Assembly: GCA_018817595.1 (NCBI GenBank)
Contig: JAHITU010000007.1
Coordinates: forward strand, 8,775 to 72,774
Reading direction: 5' to 3'
DNA from: Patescibacteria group bacterium
GTDB taxonomy: Bacteria > Patescibacteriota > Minisyncoccia > Phycocordibacterales > UBA12079
Length of the DNA stretch: 64,000 bases
Under the pieces are notes generated by a model, which saw only the letters and a program-made list of their open reading frames with translations, was not told the origin of the DNA and did not search any database. A program made the position numbers and the translations under genes. Positions 28,798 through 39,905 of the stretch are shown piece after piece. Position 1 is the stretch's first letter; every line of letters begins with the position of its first letter.

Positions 28798-31416
28798 ATG
28801 ATAAATTCACAACAAATTTGGTATGGTCTTAATCAAAAGGATTTAGAAGAAAAACTAGATTCTGATATGGATAATGGATTATCAAATGAGCAGGTTTTTG
28901 AAAACCGCAGGAAATACGGTAAGAATGTTTTGTCCAAAAAAACTGAAATAGGTATTTTAAGAAAAATATTTAACAGTTTAAAAAGTCCTCTTAATCTTAT
29001 TTTAATAATTGCGGGGGCCACAGCTTTCTTTTTAGGTTCTACTGTGGATGCCTCTGTTGTATTTTTTGCTGTAATTATAAATGTGGTTGTAGGAATAATA
29101 CAGGAAGACAAGGCGGATAAAGCTTTTGAAAAATTAAATGTAGCTCAACATAAAAGTGCTACTGTAATCAGAGAAGGAAAACAAAAAGTTATTTCTGCCA
29201 AAGATTTAGTTCTTGGAGATTTAGTTATTCTCAGGGCTGGAATGTATATTCCCGCTGATATCCGTTTAATAGAAGATAAAGATCTCTTAGCTAACGAATC
29301 AGTTTTGACTGGAGAATGGATGGGTGTTATCAAAAAATCAGATATTTTAGAAGACAAGGATTTACCTTTAACTAGTCAAACTAATATGTTGTGGATGGGA
29401 ACTGTAGTTTCTGCTGGTTACGGAAAAGGTTTGGTTGTTAAAATTGGTAAAGATACTGAATTGGGGAAAATTTCAAAATCACTTTCTGATTATGAAAGGA
29501 TTACGCCGATGAAAAGAAAAATGGATAGACTGGTTCGCTTTTTGATGATAACTGTTTTGTCTGCTACGGCTGTGATTTTTATCCTAGGGGTTGCTAAAGG
29601 GGAGTCTTATGTTGATATGCTTCTTATTGCTATCGCTGTTGCAATTGCAGTTATACCTGAAGGTTTACCTATTGCTACCACTTCTGTTTTAGCAGTAGGA
29701 ATGAAAGAAATATTAAAAAAAGGAGGTTTGGTGAAAAATCTTTTAGCTTCAGAGACACTAGGAAATGTTTCTGTTATTTTAACTGATAAGACTGGAACTA
29801 TTACAGAAGCCAAGATGAAATTAGCTGAGGTTATAACCTTAACAAACTCTAAAGAAGATAATCACGAAGCCTTAAAAAAAGGGGTATTGAGTTCAGATGC
29901 TTTTGTTGAAGTAGGAAGAAAATCAGAAGTCATTGTACAAGGACGCCCCTTAGAGAAAGCCATAGTTTCAGCAGGTTTAGAAGCAGGAATTTCTCAAAGT
30001 GAACTAGAAACAGAAAATAAAAGACTAGATTTATTATTATTTTCTTCAAAAAATGGATATGCAATTTCCTTAAATAAACTTGAGGGAGATAAACGCAGGG
30101 AATACATTGGGGGACGTCCAGAAAGGATTTTAGAAAAGTCTAAATATATTTTTGAAAATGGAAATAAAAGAGAAATCACTGAAAAAGATAAAAAGTATTT
30201 TTTACAAATTTTAACTGAAAAAACTGATTTAGGTATGAGATTAACAGCTCAAGCTTATAGAGATGTCAAAAAAGATAAAATACTTGATGAATCTCTAGAA
30301 AATTTAGTCTTTGTGGCTTTATTTGCTTTTGATGATCCTGTTAGAAAAGGGGTAAAGGAATCTATTGAAACTACTAAAAAGTTAGGAGTGAGAACTATTA
30401 TGTTAACAGGGGATTATGCAGGAACTGCTAGAAATATTGCTGAGGAAGTTGGTATTATAGAAAAGGGAGGAAGGGTATTAAGAGGAGAGGATATTGATAA
30501 AATGAATGATGAAGAATTAGAAGAAGTATTAAAAGAAGTAAATGCTTTTGCTCGAATGGATCCTAGTCAAAAATTGCGAATTTCTAAGAAATTAAAAGCT
30601 ATGGGAGAAATCATTGCTATGACTGGGGACGGAATAAATGATGCTCCTGCTCTAAGAAATGCTGATGTGGGTATGGCCGTGGAATCAGGCACAGAAGTAG
30701 CTAAGGAATCGGCTGATTTGATTCTCTTAGATAATTCTTTTTCGGTTATAGTCTTTGCAGTAGAGGAAGGTAGAAGAATTATTGATAATTTGAAAAAAAT
30801 TACTGCTTATCTTTTATCCACTTCTTTTTCAGAAGTTTTCATTGTAGCCGGTTCTTTGTTTTTTGGTTTACCTTTACCTATTTTAGCTTCTCAAATTTTG
30901 TGGATAAATATTATTGAAGAAGGTTTTATGAATTTTGCCTTTGTCTTTGAACCAAAAGAGGTTTATTTAAAAAGTAAAAAAGACAGAACTCATAATGTTG
31001 AAATCTTAACCCCTCGTTTGAGAAATATGATAACAATGATTGCAGTGATTACAGGTTCATTTTTGATAGTTTTCTATTATATTTTGATAAAATTAGAATT
31101 ACCTATGGATGAAATTCGCACTATTATGTTTGTAGCTCTTTCTATTGATTCTTTGTTTTTTGCCCTTTCTCTTAAATCATTACATAAGCCTATTTGGAAG
31201 ATAAATATTTTTTCAAATAAATATTTGATAATTTCTTGGGTTTTGAGCTTGTCTCTTATTTTAGCAGGTATCTATGTGCCTTTCTTGCAATTTATTTTGC
31301 ATACAGTCCCATTAAATATTTTTGACTTTTGGATTATGATTTTACTCGGAATTTTCAACCTAGCATTAATTGAAGGAGCTAAATATATATTTTTTGAGAA
31401 AGGAAATAACTCATAA
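28798..31416 (+). CDS. cation-transporting P-type ATPase (P2 type)
   Basis: PEGL, DKTGT, MLTGD, TGDGINDAPAL. Confidence 0.93.
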   Translation: MINSQQIWYGLNQKDLEEKLDSDMDNGLSNEQVFENRRKYGKNVLSKKTEIGILRKIFNSLKSPLNLILIIAGATAFFLGSTVDASVVFFAVIINVVVGIIQEDKADKAFEKLNVAQHKSATVIREGKQKVISAKDLVLGDLVILRAGMYIPADIRLIEDKDLLANESVLTGEWMGVIKKSDILEDKDLPLTSQTNMLWMGTVVSAGYGKGLVVKIGKDTELGKISKSLSDYERITPMKRKMDRLVRFLMITVLSATAVIFILGVAKGESYVDMLLIAIAVAIAVIPEGLPIATTSVLAVGMKEILKKGGLVKNLLASETLGNVSVILTDKTGTITEAKMKLAEVITLTNSKEDNHEALKKGVLSSDAFVEVGRKSEVIVQGRPLEKAIVSAGLEAGISQSELETENKRLDLLLFSSKNGYAISLNKLEGDKRREYIGGRPERILEKSKYIFENGNKREITEKDKKYFLQILTEKTDLGMRLTAQAYRDVKKDKILDESLENLVFVALFAFDDPVRKGVKESIETTKKLGVRTIMLTGDYAGTARNIAEEVGIIEKGGRVLRGEDIDKMNDEELEEVLKEVNAFARMDPSQKLRISKKLKAMGEIIAMTGDGINDAPALRNADVGMAVESGTEVAKESADLILLDNSFSVIVFAVEEGRRIIDNLKKITAYLLSTSFSEVFIVAGSLFFGLPLPILASQILWINIIEEGFMNFAFVFEPKEVYLKSKKDRTHNVEILTPRLRNMITMIAVITGSFLIVFYYILIKLELPMDEIRTIMFVALSIDSLFFALSLKSLHKPIWKINIFSNKYLIISWVLSLSLILAGIYVPFLQFILHTVPLNIFDFWIMILLGIFNLALIEGAKYIFFEKGNNS

Positions 31417-31497
31417 AAATTTAAAAGAGCATTTAACCTATTGGTTAAATGCTCTTTTGCAAATATATTTTTTTCAACATCAGCTCAGCTCCGCAAT

Positions 31498-32478
31498 TTA
31501 GTCTTTATCTTCAGGTTTCCAACCGTCCATTTCTTGGATCCTTTCGGTTTGTGCCTTTAAGGATTTCAAAGCTTCTTCCATCGTAGTCATCAATTCTGTG
31601 AATGTCGTTTTTTGGCTATGAAGAGATTCAGCTGTTTCGTTCTCAATAAATTTGATTTCAGTACCAAGACTTTTACAGATACGAATGACAGCTCTCATGG
31701 TTTGTTCTGTCGATGAAAGTTGTCTTTTCTGACCGCCTCTTCTAGAACGTCTTTTAATTCCGTGTTTTTCAGCAGCGGCTGTGAAAATTCTATTTAGAAA
31801 ATTTGGATGAAGCTTAATTGTTTCAGCCTTTTTTCCTAATTCCTCGGCTTTATCTTTACGGACTTCTAACCACAGATCATACATCATATCTTGATGATTT
31901 TCTTTAAAAGCAGCAATCATTAGAGCGATTCCATTATCAAGTTCCTCTGTTATAACCTTTTTTCTTAGAGATTCTTTTAGACGTAAAAGTTTAAGAGTAT
32001 TGCTTACAAACCCTTGGCTAAAACCAGAAACTTCTGCTACTTCGGATTGGTTTAAATTATAATCTTTCATTAATTGTTCAAAACCAATTGCAATTTCCAT
32101 TAAGGACATATCTGTCCTTTGTGTATTTGCTATAAAGCTTCTTTTATATACTTCTTTGTCTTCCATTTGGGGTTTGATAAGGCAAGAAATTTTAGTAAAG
32201 TTGTTTATCTTTGCTCCTCTAAAACGACATTCTCCATCAATAATCAGAACAAAACCATCACGTACGGTTACATTAATAGGAATTTCAACATCCCCTGCAT
32301 CCTTCATAGAATTTGCTTTCTTTTGCAGTTCACTTAACTTGAATTCTTTTCGGGGTTGCTCAGAGTTCCTTTTAATTAACCGAATTGGTATTTCAACAAC
32401 CATCCCTGGTTTGAGAGAATCTAAAAATTTCTGATCTTCTCTTCTCTGTTTTTCTGTATTTATTGCCACGACATTCAT
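31498..32478 (-). CDS. ParB/Spo0J-family protein (orphan)
   Basis: QPRKEF, IIDGECRFRG, ANTQRTDMS, HTH; start MNVVAIN preceded by aaggag. Confidence 0.8.
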   Translation of the reverse strand: MNVVAINTEKQRREDQKFLDSLKPGMVVEIPIRLIKRNSEQPRKEFKLSELQKKANSMKDAGDVEIPINVTVRDGFVLIIDGECRFRGAKINNFTKISCLIKPQMEDKEVYKRSFIANTQRTDMSLMEIAIGFEQLMKDYNLNQSEVAEVSGFSQGFVSNTLKLLRLKESLRKKVITEELDNGIALMIAAFKENHQDMMYDLWLEVRKDKAEELGKKAETIKLHPNFLNRIFTAAAEKHGIKRRSRRGGQKRQLSSTEQTMRAVIRICKSLGTEIKFIENETAESLHSQKTTFTELMTTMEEALKSLKAQTERIQEMDGWKPEDKD

Positions 32479-32611
32479 TTTTATCTCCTTTAAATTCGTT
32501 AAAAATATATTTATCAAAATTACTTCCAAAAGTAATTATTACTCACTTTCTACCTTAGATAATAGTTTAAATATTTTTATTGTCAATTAATTTTTATGGT
32601 ATAATGGTTTT

Positions 32612-33721
32612 ATGAATACAACACTTATATATGTTTTTATTATTGTCTTTTTAGTTTTAGTAAACGGAGTTTTCCTGTGGTTTATTTATAATCTTGTAAA
32701 AAAAGGACAGGAAGATAAAAATGAAGGGCAAAACGAAAATGCTTTTTCGCTTTTACAAAACCAAATGAACGAATTGAATAAAACTCTTGATTCAAAGATA
32801 GGGGAGTCTTCAAAATTGATGAGCGAATCAGTTAAAACTCAGTTTGGGGAATCTCAAAGATTGATGAATGACATAGCAAATAATTCACAAAAAATTATCA
32901 AAGATGTAACCGAGAAAATGACAGAAATTAAAGAAACCAATAAACAAGTTTTTGGAATGACTGAACAGCTTCAGAATTTGGAAAAAGTTTTAAAAAATCA
33001 AAAACAAAGAGGAAGTTTAGGGGAAGCTGGTTTAGATTTAATTTTAAGTAATATTCTTCCTCCTACTGCTTATCAAATGCAATATTCTTTTGCAGATGGA
33101 GATATCGTAGACGCCGTAATACACACAAAGGACGGCATTATTCCTGTAGATGCAAAATTTTCTTTAGATAATTATAATCGAGTAGTTAATGAGGATGATG
33201 AAAATAGAAAATTAATTTTAGAAAAAGAATTTACCAATGATTTAAAAAAGAGGATTGATGAGACTTCAAAATATATAAAAATAAAAGAAGGAACTTTGCC
33301 TTTTGCTATTATGTATATTCCAGCCGAAGCTATTTACTATGACTTATTAGTGAATGAGGTAGGTTCTATAAAAATAAATACAAAGTCTCTTATTGAATAC
33401 GCCTATAGAGATAGAAAAGTAATTATCGTTTCCCCTACAACTTTTGTGGCTTATTTAAATACAATTTTGCAAGGGTTCAAGGCTTTTAAAGTTGAAGAAT
33501 CAGCTAAAGAAATAATTAAAAATGTAGAAAAATTACAGGCTCATATTAAAGCTTACGATTCTTACCATACAAAATTAGGAGCTTCCTTGGCGACTACAGT
33601 AAATCACTTTAATACTTCTCGTAAAGAATTAGGAAAGATAGATAAAGATGTTTATAGAATTACAGGGGATTCTGCTGAAATTGAGCCTTTATTGATAGAA
33701 AAGCCTGATAAGGAAGAGTAA
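32612..33721 (+). CDS. rmuC: DNA recombination protein RmuC
   Basis: RGSLGE, VDAKF, MYIPAE, VSPTT. Confidence 0.9.
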   Translation: MNTTLIYVFIIVFLVLVNGVFLWFIYNLVKKGQEDKNEGQNENAFSLLQNQMNELNKTLDSKIGESSKLMSESVKTQFGESQRLMNDIANNSQKIIKDVTEKMTEIKETNKQVFGMTEQLQNLEKVLKNQKQRGSLGEAGLDLILSNILPPTAYQMQYSFADGDIVDAVIHTKDGIIPVDAKFSLDNYNRVVNEDDENRKLILEKEFTNDLKKRIDETSKYIKIKEGTLPFAIMYIPAEAIYYDLLVNEVGSIKINTKSLIEYAYRDRKVIIVSPTTFVAYLNTILQGFKAFKVEESAKEIIKNVEKLQAHIKAYDSYHTKLGASLATTVNHFNTSRKELGKIDKDVYRITGDSAEIEPLLIEKPDKEE

Positions 33722-33825
33722 AACGCGGACTAAATGCGGATTAAACGCAAAATTAATACAGAAAAGATTTAAATAAAAACCACCCCTTGTCATTGTAAGT
33801 AATACAACGACAAGGGGTTTTTGGT

Positions 33826-34185
33826 TTAGGCAGCTACGGGAACTTTCACTTTTTCATTTTCTTTGGCTGGTTTCCCACAGCCCAGAAGATAGGAAAAAGA
33901 AGAGTAGTTTTCCCAAAGGATTGATTTTCCTTCTCTGGCCTCTTCAATCAAGTTTGAAATAACAAACTCAACTGTTTCCAGAGAGATTTTGGAAAAGTTT
34001 GCTTCTGTGATTCTTACCAGATCGGCAGTTCCACCAAATTGAACTAATACTAATTCAGAAGCTCTTTTGTTGGAATAGACTCCCAACAAAAACGGTAATT
34101 TCGTCAATCCGATCTTGACGAAATCTGTCTTTGCTTTTTTCCAGAAGTCTTTCTCTTCCTTTACTGTCATTTTTGTGAATTTCAT
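33826..34185 (-). CDS. hypothetical protein (orphan, strong SD)
   Basis: aggaggtg upstream; terminator at 33778-33823. Confidence 0.65.
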   Translation of the reverse strand: MKFTKMTVKEEKDFWKKAKTDFVKIGLTKLPFLLGVYSNKRASELVLVQFGGTADLVRITEANFSKISLETVEFVISNLIEEAREGKSILWENYSSFSYLLGCGKPAKENEKVKVPVAA

Positions 34186-34422
34186 CTTTCACCTCCTAGT
34201 TTAAGTTACAATTTTTTACTGTTAAAATTATACAATAGCAATTATAAATATGCAAGTTTTTTAAATTTGACTAAATCTACCATAAGAATATAATTAAACA
34301 AAGGTTTTATTATTAATAATAAATAGAATATAAAGTATGGAAAGTGAAAAAAATATAAAAATTGAAAAATAATTTTTATCTTTATGGACTTTCGACTTTA
34401 TAGACTTTTGACTAATATACAT

Positions 34423-34743
34423 ATGGATAAAAAAATAAAAGAAAATAAAATAATTCCTTTAGCTGATAGAGTTTTAATTCGTCCTCTTACAGAAAAGGAA
34501 ATGGAGAAAAAAAGTAATTTTGGTATTATAATCCCAGATACTATTGATAAAGAAAAAACTCGTGATCAAGGAGTAGTCGTAGCCGTAGGAGAAGGTAAAT
34601 ATAGTGATGGAAAATTAATCAAAATGAATGTAAAAATAGGAGACAAGGTTCTATTTTCAAAATATGCCTATGATGAAGTAAAAATAAACGAAGAAGATTT
34701 TTTTATATTAAAAGAAGAAAACATCTTAGCGATTATAAATTAG
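34423..34743 (+). CDS. groES: co-chaperonin GroES
   Basis: PLADRVLI, GIIIPD, VVAVGEG, GDKVLFSKY; ATG at 34423 preferred. Confidence 0.95.
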   Translation: MDKKIKENKIIPLADRVLIRPLTEKEMEKKSNFGIIIPDTIDKEKTRDQGVVVAVGEGKYSDGKLIKMNVKIGDKVLFSKYAYDEVKINEEDFFILKEENILAIIN

Positions 34744-34898
34744 AAAGTTGAAATTTGAGGTCCGATCTCTGAATTAAAATAATAATGATCTTTAGTAATT
34801 TGCTTGGTTTTACCAGTGCTGAGATCGTACCTCTAAATTATTTTAATGAAGCAACCCAGAAAAAATTATAAGCTAAAAAATAACTAAACTATAACTAT

Positions 34899-36542
34899 AT
34901 GAGTAAAATAATTAAATTTAATTCAGAAGCTCGTGAGGCTTTAAAAGCGGGAATTGACAAAGTAGCTGATGCCGTAAAAACTACTATTGGACCAAGAGGT
35001 AAAAATGTTGTTTTAGAAAGAAGTTATGGCGCTCCTACAATTACTAATGACGGAGTAACCATTGCTAAAGACATTGTTTTAAAAGACAAGTTCGAAAACA
35101 TGGGGGCTGATATTCTTAAAGAAGTAGCTTCAAAGACTAACGATTTGGCAGGTGACGGAACAACTACTTCTATGGTTATTGCTCAAGCCATAATTGAAGA
35201 AGGAATGAAAAAAACAACCATGGGTGTAAATGCTATGGGTATTAAAGCTGGAATTGAAAAAGCAACAGAGGAAGTTGTTAAGGAATTAAAGTTAATGGCA
35301 AAGCCTATAAATAATAAAAAAGAAATTCAACAAGTAGCAACTATTTCGGCTGAGTCAGAAGAAATTGGAAAAATTATTGCAGATACTATTGAGAAAGTAG
35401 GAAAAGACGGAGTGGTAACAGTAGAAGAATCTCAATCATTTGGAGTTGAATCAGAAGTGGTTAAAGGGATGGAATTCAATAATGGATACATTTCTCCATA
35501 TATGATTACTAACACAGAAAGAATGGAATCAGAATTTAATGATACTCCTATTTTGCTAGTAGACAAAAAGATTTCAACTATTAAAGAAATTTTACCAGTT
35601 TTAGAAAAATTAGCAGAGACAGGAAAAAAAGATTTAGTGATTATTGCAGAGGATGTGGACGGAGAAGCTTTAGCTACTTTTGTAGTGAATAAAATAAGAG
35701 GTGCATTTAATATTTTAGCTATTAAAGCCCCAGGCTTCGGAAATAATAAGAGTGAAATAATGGAGGACATCGCTGTTATGGTTGGTGCCAAAGTTGTTTC
35801 AGAAAAGACTGGAATGAAATTAGAGAATACAGAATTAGATGTTTTAGGTAAAGCTAATAAAGTATTATCTACCAAAGACCGAACAATTATTGTTGATGGA
35901 AAAGGTAAAAAGTCTCAAATAGAAAACAGGGTAGCTTCTTTGAAAGGACAATTTAATTCAACTAAATCAAAATTTGATAAAGAAAAATTACAAGAAAGAA
36001 TTGCAAAATTAACTGGAGGAATTGCTGTTATCAAAGTAGGTGCATCAACCGAAACAGAAATGAAGTATCTAAAATTAAAAATAGAAGATGCCGTTAATGC
36101 TACAAAAGCTGCTATTGAAGAAGGGATTATAATCGGTGGGGGATCAGCTTTGGTAAAGATTGCTCAAAAACTAGAAGGAAAAGTAATCAAATCAACTTTG
36201 AAGAACTTTGAATCAGAATTTAAAGTAGGTTTTGATATTTTAATCAAAGCATTAGAGGCTCCTTTGCGACAAATCGCCATTAATTCAGGAAAAGATGATG
36301 GATCAGTAATTGTGGATAAAGTTAAAAATATAAAAGGGAATGGTGGTTATGATGCATCTAGTGATATGATAATTGATGATATGTTTAAGGCTGGAATTTT
36401 GGACCCTGTAAAAGTAGCACGAAGTGGAATCCAGAATGCAGCTTCCTCAGCTGGAATTCTTTTAACTACAGAAGTGGCTATTGCCGATGAACCAAAAGAC
36501 GAATCAGAATTACAGCATGGACACGGAGGAGGAATGAATTAA
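34899..36542 (+). CDS. groEL: chaperonin GroEL
   Basis: [25 protein letters not shown] tail. Confidence 0.97.
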   Translation: MSKIIKFNSEAREALKAGIDKVADAVKTTIGPRGKNVVLERSYGAPTITNDGVTIAKDIVLKDKFENMGADILKEVASKTNDLAGDGTTTSMVIAQAIIEEGMKKTTMGVNAMGIKAGIEKATEEVVKELKLMAKPINNKKEIQQVATISAESEEIGKIIADTIEKVGKDGVVTVEESQSFGVESEVVKGMEFNNGYISPYMITNTERMESEFNDTPILLVDKKISTIKEILPVLEKLAETGKKDLVIIAEDVDGEALATFVVNKIRGAFNILAIKAPGFGNNKSEIMEDIAVMVGAKVVSEKTGMKLENTELDVLGKANKVLSTKDRTIIVDGKGKKSQIENRVASLKGQFNSTKSKFDKEKLQERIAKLTGGIAVIKVGASTETEMKYLKLKIEDAVNATKAAIEEGIIIGGGSALVKIAQKLEGKVIKSTLKNFESEFKVGFDILIKALEAPLRQIAINSGKDDGSVIVDKVKNIKGNGGYDASSDMIIDDMFKAGILDPVKVARSGIQNAASSAGILLTTEVAIADEPKDESELQHGHGGGMN

Positions 36543-36764
36543 ATGAGTCAAAAGTCCATAAAGTCTGTAAAGTCAAAAGTCACGAATTTTTACTTTGTAA
36601 AAATTTGTCTTTACGAGAAGATAAAATTTAATATTTAAAAAAAAGCTCAATAGAGCCAAAATAAATAGCCCATCCTGTTGGGCTATTTATTTCTTGCCTT
36701 TAAATAATTTTCGGCTATACTCAAAATAGCTGTTTAAATTTTATTTTAAAAAAAGGAGAGAATC

Positions 36765-37181
36765 ATGAAAAGTCTAATGTGGGAGATTTTAACTGAAGGT
36801 AAAGTAGATCTTTTTAAAGATGACTTTTACATTGGCCATGTTCTTCTTGGTGAAATGTTGTTGAAGGACATCTTGGCTTTAGACAAAGAATTAAAGGTGG
36901 ACGCCAGGTGCCATTTAATTGGCTGGCTAAATGAGATGTATTTTCGTGCCCAGCAGGTTTGTGCCAAAGAAGCTCTTGTTGGGAAGTGGATTTCACTTGA
37001 TAAAGCTTTTAAAAAGGAAGAATTAGGTTTTTCACATTCTAACTCGATGCGATTTTTCCCCGTTGCAACCCTCAAGGTTATTCATTCTGATAACCCAGAA
37101 GGTTTTTTGTTAAAAATTATCGATATGGATGGTAAATTTTTATCCATCGATACAAACACAACAATAAAAATCGCTCCATAA
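36765..37181 (+). CDS. hypothetical protein (orphan, strong SD)
   Basis: aaggag SD; terminator at 37192-37229. Confidence 0.65.
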   Translation: MKSLMWEILTEGKVDLFKDDFYIGHVLLGEMLLKDILALDKELKVDARCHLIGWLNEMYFRAQQVCAKEALVGKWISLDKAFKKEELGFSHSNSMRFFPVATLKVIHSDNPEGFLLKIIDMDGKFLSIDTNTTIKIAP

Positions 37182-37288
37182 GGTTAAGGTCAAACAGGTT
37201 GGTGTATCTATAAGCACCAATCTGTTTTTTATTTTGTTTTACACAGTTTTTAATATATAAAAATCAGATAATAATGTATAATTGGTAA

Positions 37289-38044
37289 ATGTCGGGTAAA
37301 GAAAACTACAATGTAGTCACCGAGGTTTTTTCAGGACCTCTGGATTTACTTTTGCACTTGATTGAAAGCAAAAAAATGCACATTAGTGATATTTCATTGT
37401 CTAAAATAGCCGATGATTATATAAACTATTTGGACAAATTAGAGAAATTTTCTTTAAAATCTTCGGCCGATTTTATTTTAACAGCTTCAGTTTTAATGTT
37501 GATAAAATCAAAATCATTACTTCCAGAGTTAGATTTAACCTCTGAAGAAGAACAATCCATAGAGGAGTTAGAAGACCGATTAAAAGAGTATCAAAAAATA
37601 AAGAAATTAAGTGGAAATATTGAAAATATTTTTGGCAAAAGAATTGTTTTTTCTCGTCAGATAAATAGAAGAAAAGAAATTATATTTTCTCCTGACGAAA
37701 ATATAAAAAAAGAGAATTTGCTGTTTTTAATAAAAGATGTTATAAAACAAGTTCCTAAAAAAATTATATCTCCTAAAGCTGTTGTTGATAAGATAATTTC
37801 TTTAGAAGAAGTAATAGAAAACTTAAGTCAAAGGATACAGACTTCTTTGAAAATGAGTTTCAAAGAATACTCTGGATTAAATTCAAACACAAGTTTTTCT
37901 AGAGAAAAAAAAGTAAATATTGTTGTTAGTTTTCTCGCTATGCTTGAATTAGTTAAACAAGGAGTAATTAATGTTAAACAGGATAGTCAATTTGGGGATA
38001 TTGATATGGATACTCAAAAATTAAATACACCGAATTATATATAA
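37289..38044 (+). CDS. scpA: segregation/condensation protein A
   Basis: FSGPLDLLLHLI, IKSKSLLP, FLAMLELVK. Confidence 0.92.
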   Translation: MSGKENYNVVTEVFSGPLDLLLHLIESKKMHISDISLSKIADDYINYLDKLEKFSLKSSADFILTASVLMLIKSKSLLPELDLTSEEEQSIEELEDRLKEYQKIKKLSGNIENIFGKRIVFSRQINRRKEIIFSPDENIKKENLLFLIKDVIKQVPKKIISPKAVVDKIISLEEVIENLSQRIQTSLKMSFKEYSGLNSNTSFSREKKVNIVVSFLAMLELVKQGVINVKQDSQFGDIDMDTQKLNTPNYI

Positions 38045-38188
38045 ACAAGTCAAAAGTCCATAAAGTCAAGAAAGTCCATAAAGTCAAAAAATTTGCAAAT
38101 GAATTTTTCACTTTCGATTTTCGACTTCTGCTGACAAGCAGATCTGACTTTTGAATTTAAGGACTTTACAGACTTTCAACTAATCGTA

Positions 38189-38743
38189 ATGTTAACACTT
38201 GAAGCAAAAATAGAAGCAATTTTATTCTATACAGGGGAACCTGTCTTAAAAACAAAATTGTCTAAAATACTTGAAAAAGATTTGGATGAAATTGAAGAAT
38301 CTTTAAATAGACTAAGAATCCTGTTAGAAGAAAGAGGGGTTGTTTTAATTATGAACGATGATTCAGCTTCCTTAGGGACCTCGCCAGAAGTTTCTGATAT
38401 AATAGAATCAATTAGTAAAGAAGAAATAAACAAAGATTTAGGAAAGGCTTCTCTTGAAACATTATCTATAGTACTATATAAGGGGCCTATTACTAGGGCA
38501 AAAATTGATTATATAAGAGGTGTTAACTCTAATTTTATTTTAAGAAATTTACATATTCGAGGTTTGATAGAAAAAGTTGAAAACCCTAATGATTCAAGAA
38601 GTTATCTTTATAAAGCTTCAATAGACTTACTATCATTTTTAGGACTATCTAGAATTGAAGACTTGCCTGAATATGGTGAAGTTAAAAAAGAAATAGAAAT
38701 TATTAATAACAAAGAGGAAGATGTTTTTCCTGAAAATAATTAA
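38189..38743 (+). CDS. scpB: segregation/condensation protein B
   Basis: IEAILF, LETLSIVLYKGPITRAKIDYIRGVNS. Confidence 0.93.
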   Translation: MLTLEAKIEAILFYTGEPVLKTKLSKILEKDLDEIEESLNRLRILLEERGVVLIMNDDSASLGTSPEVSDIIESISKEEINKDLGKASLETLSIVLYKGPITRAKIDYIRGVNSNFILRNLHIRGLIEKVENPNDSRSYLYKASIDLLSFLGLSRIEDLPEYGEVKKEIEIINNKEEDVFPENN

Positions 38744-38856
38744 TAAATAGCAAGTAGATAGTAGATAATAGTGGGTGGTAAAGTTTTTGCTCTGCAAAAA
38801 ATTATAAAAATCACATTCTACCTTTCACCTTCTATATACTAAATAACTAAATAATC

Positions 38857-39834
38857 ATGGATGAAGAAAAAGAATTTAAATTTACAAAAAAACAATTAAT
38901 TTTAGCTTTAGGGGTAGCTTTGGTTGCTGGTTGTTTTTTCCTGGCTGTCCAAGCTGTTTTGTATTTTAACTTGCAATATGAAAAATCTCTTATAGAGAAA
39001 AGGGATTTAACTGAAATGAGAGGAGCTATCAAGGAGGATGTTTTTAAAAATTTATCTTTGTCAGCTAGAGCTTACTTAGTTTGGGATACAAAAAGCCAAA
39101 AGATAATTACCTCAAAAAATGAAGAAATGCAATTACCTTTAGCTTCCTTAACTAAATTAATGACTGCATATATTGTTTTTAATGACATAAAAAACAATTC
39201 AACCTTAACCATTCAAAATAATAATTTAGAAAAAGAAGGGGATAATGGCCTTCTTTTAGGAGAACAGTGGAATTTATTAGATATGATTGATTTTGTTTTG
39301 ATGTCTTCGTCTAACGATGGAGCGAGTGCCTTAGCCTCAATGGTATCTTCTATCAAAGGAAAAGCCCCTGAAGACTTTATTCAAGAAATGAATAACAAAG
39401 CAAGAGAATTGGGGATGACCCAGTCTTTTTTTCTAAATGAATCTGGTTTGGATTTAAATGAAACTATGAGTGGAGCCTATGGTTCAGTTAAGGATACTGT
39501 AATTTTAATGGAAAATATTTTAAAAGATAATAAAAATTTATTAGAAGCCAGCACTCAAAAAGAACAAGAAATGACTTCAGATACCTTAACTCATAAAGCG
39601 GTAAACACAAATATAATAATTGATAAGTTACCAGGAGTGATTGCTTCAAAAACAGGCTACACAGATTTAGCAGGAGGAAATTTAATTATGGCCTTTGATA
39701 TAGGAATTGGGCATAATATAATTATCTCTGTTTTAGGGTCAACAAAAGAGGAGAGATTCAGTGATTTGGAAAAATTATTTTGGGCAAGTGTAGAAGATCA
39801 ATATCAAAATTATGAATTAGGTATTAAAAATTAA
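38857..39834 (+). CDS. D-alanyl-D-alanine carboxypeptidase (S11)
   Basis: ASLTK, SSN, KTGYT. Confidence 0.9.
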   Translation: MDEEKEFKFTKKQLILALGVALVAGCFFLAVQAVLYFNLQYEKSLIEKRDLTEMRGAIKEDVFKNLSLSARAYLVWDTKSQKIITSKNEEMQLPLASLTKLMTAYIVFNDIKNNSTLTIQNNNLEKEGDNGLLLGEQWNLLDMIDFVLMSSSNDGASALASMVSSIKGKAPEDFIQEMNNKARELGMTQSFFLNESGLDLNETMSGAYGSVKDTVILMENILKDNKNLLEASTQKEQEMTSDTLTHKAVNTNIIIDKLPGVIASKTGYTDLAGGNLIMAFDIGIGHNIIISVLGSTKEERFSDLEKLFWASVEDQYQNYELGIKN

Positions 39835-39905
39835 ACAAGTCTGTTAATCATCAAAATCAAAAAACTTTTGACTTTCGACTTTAAAGACTTTAGACTAGTT
39901 ACATT

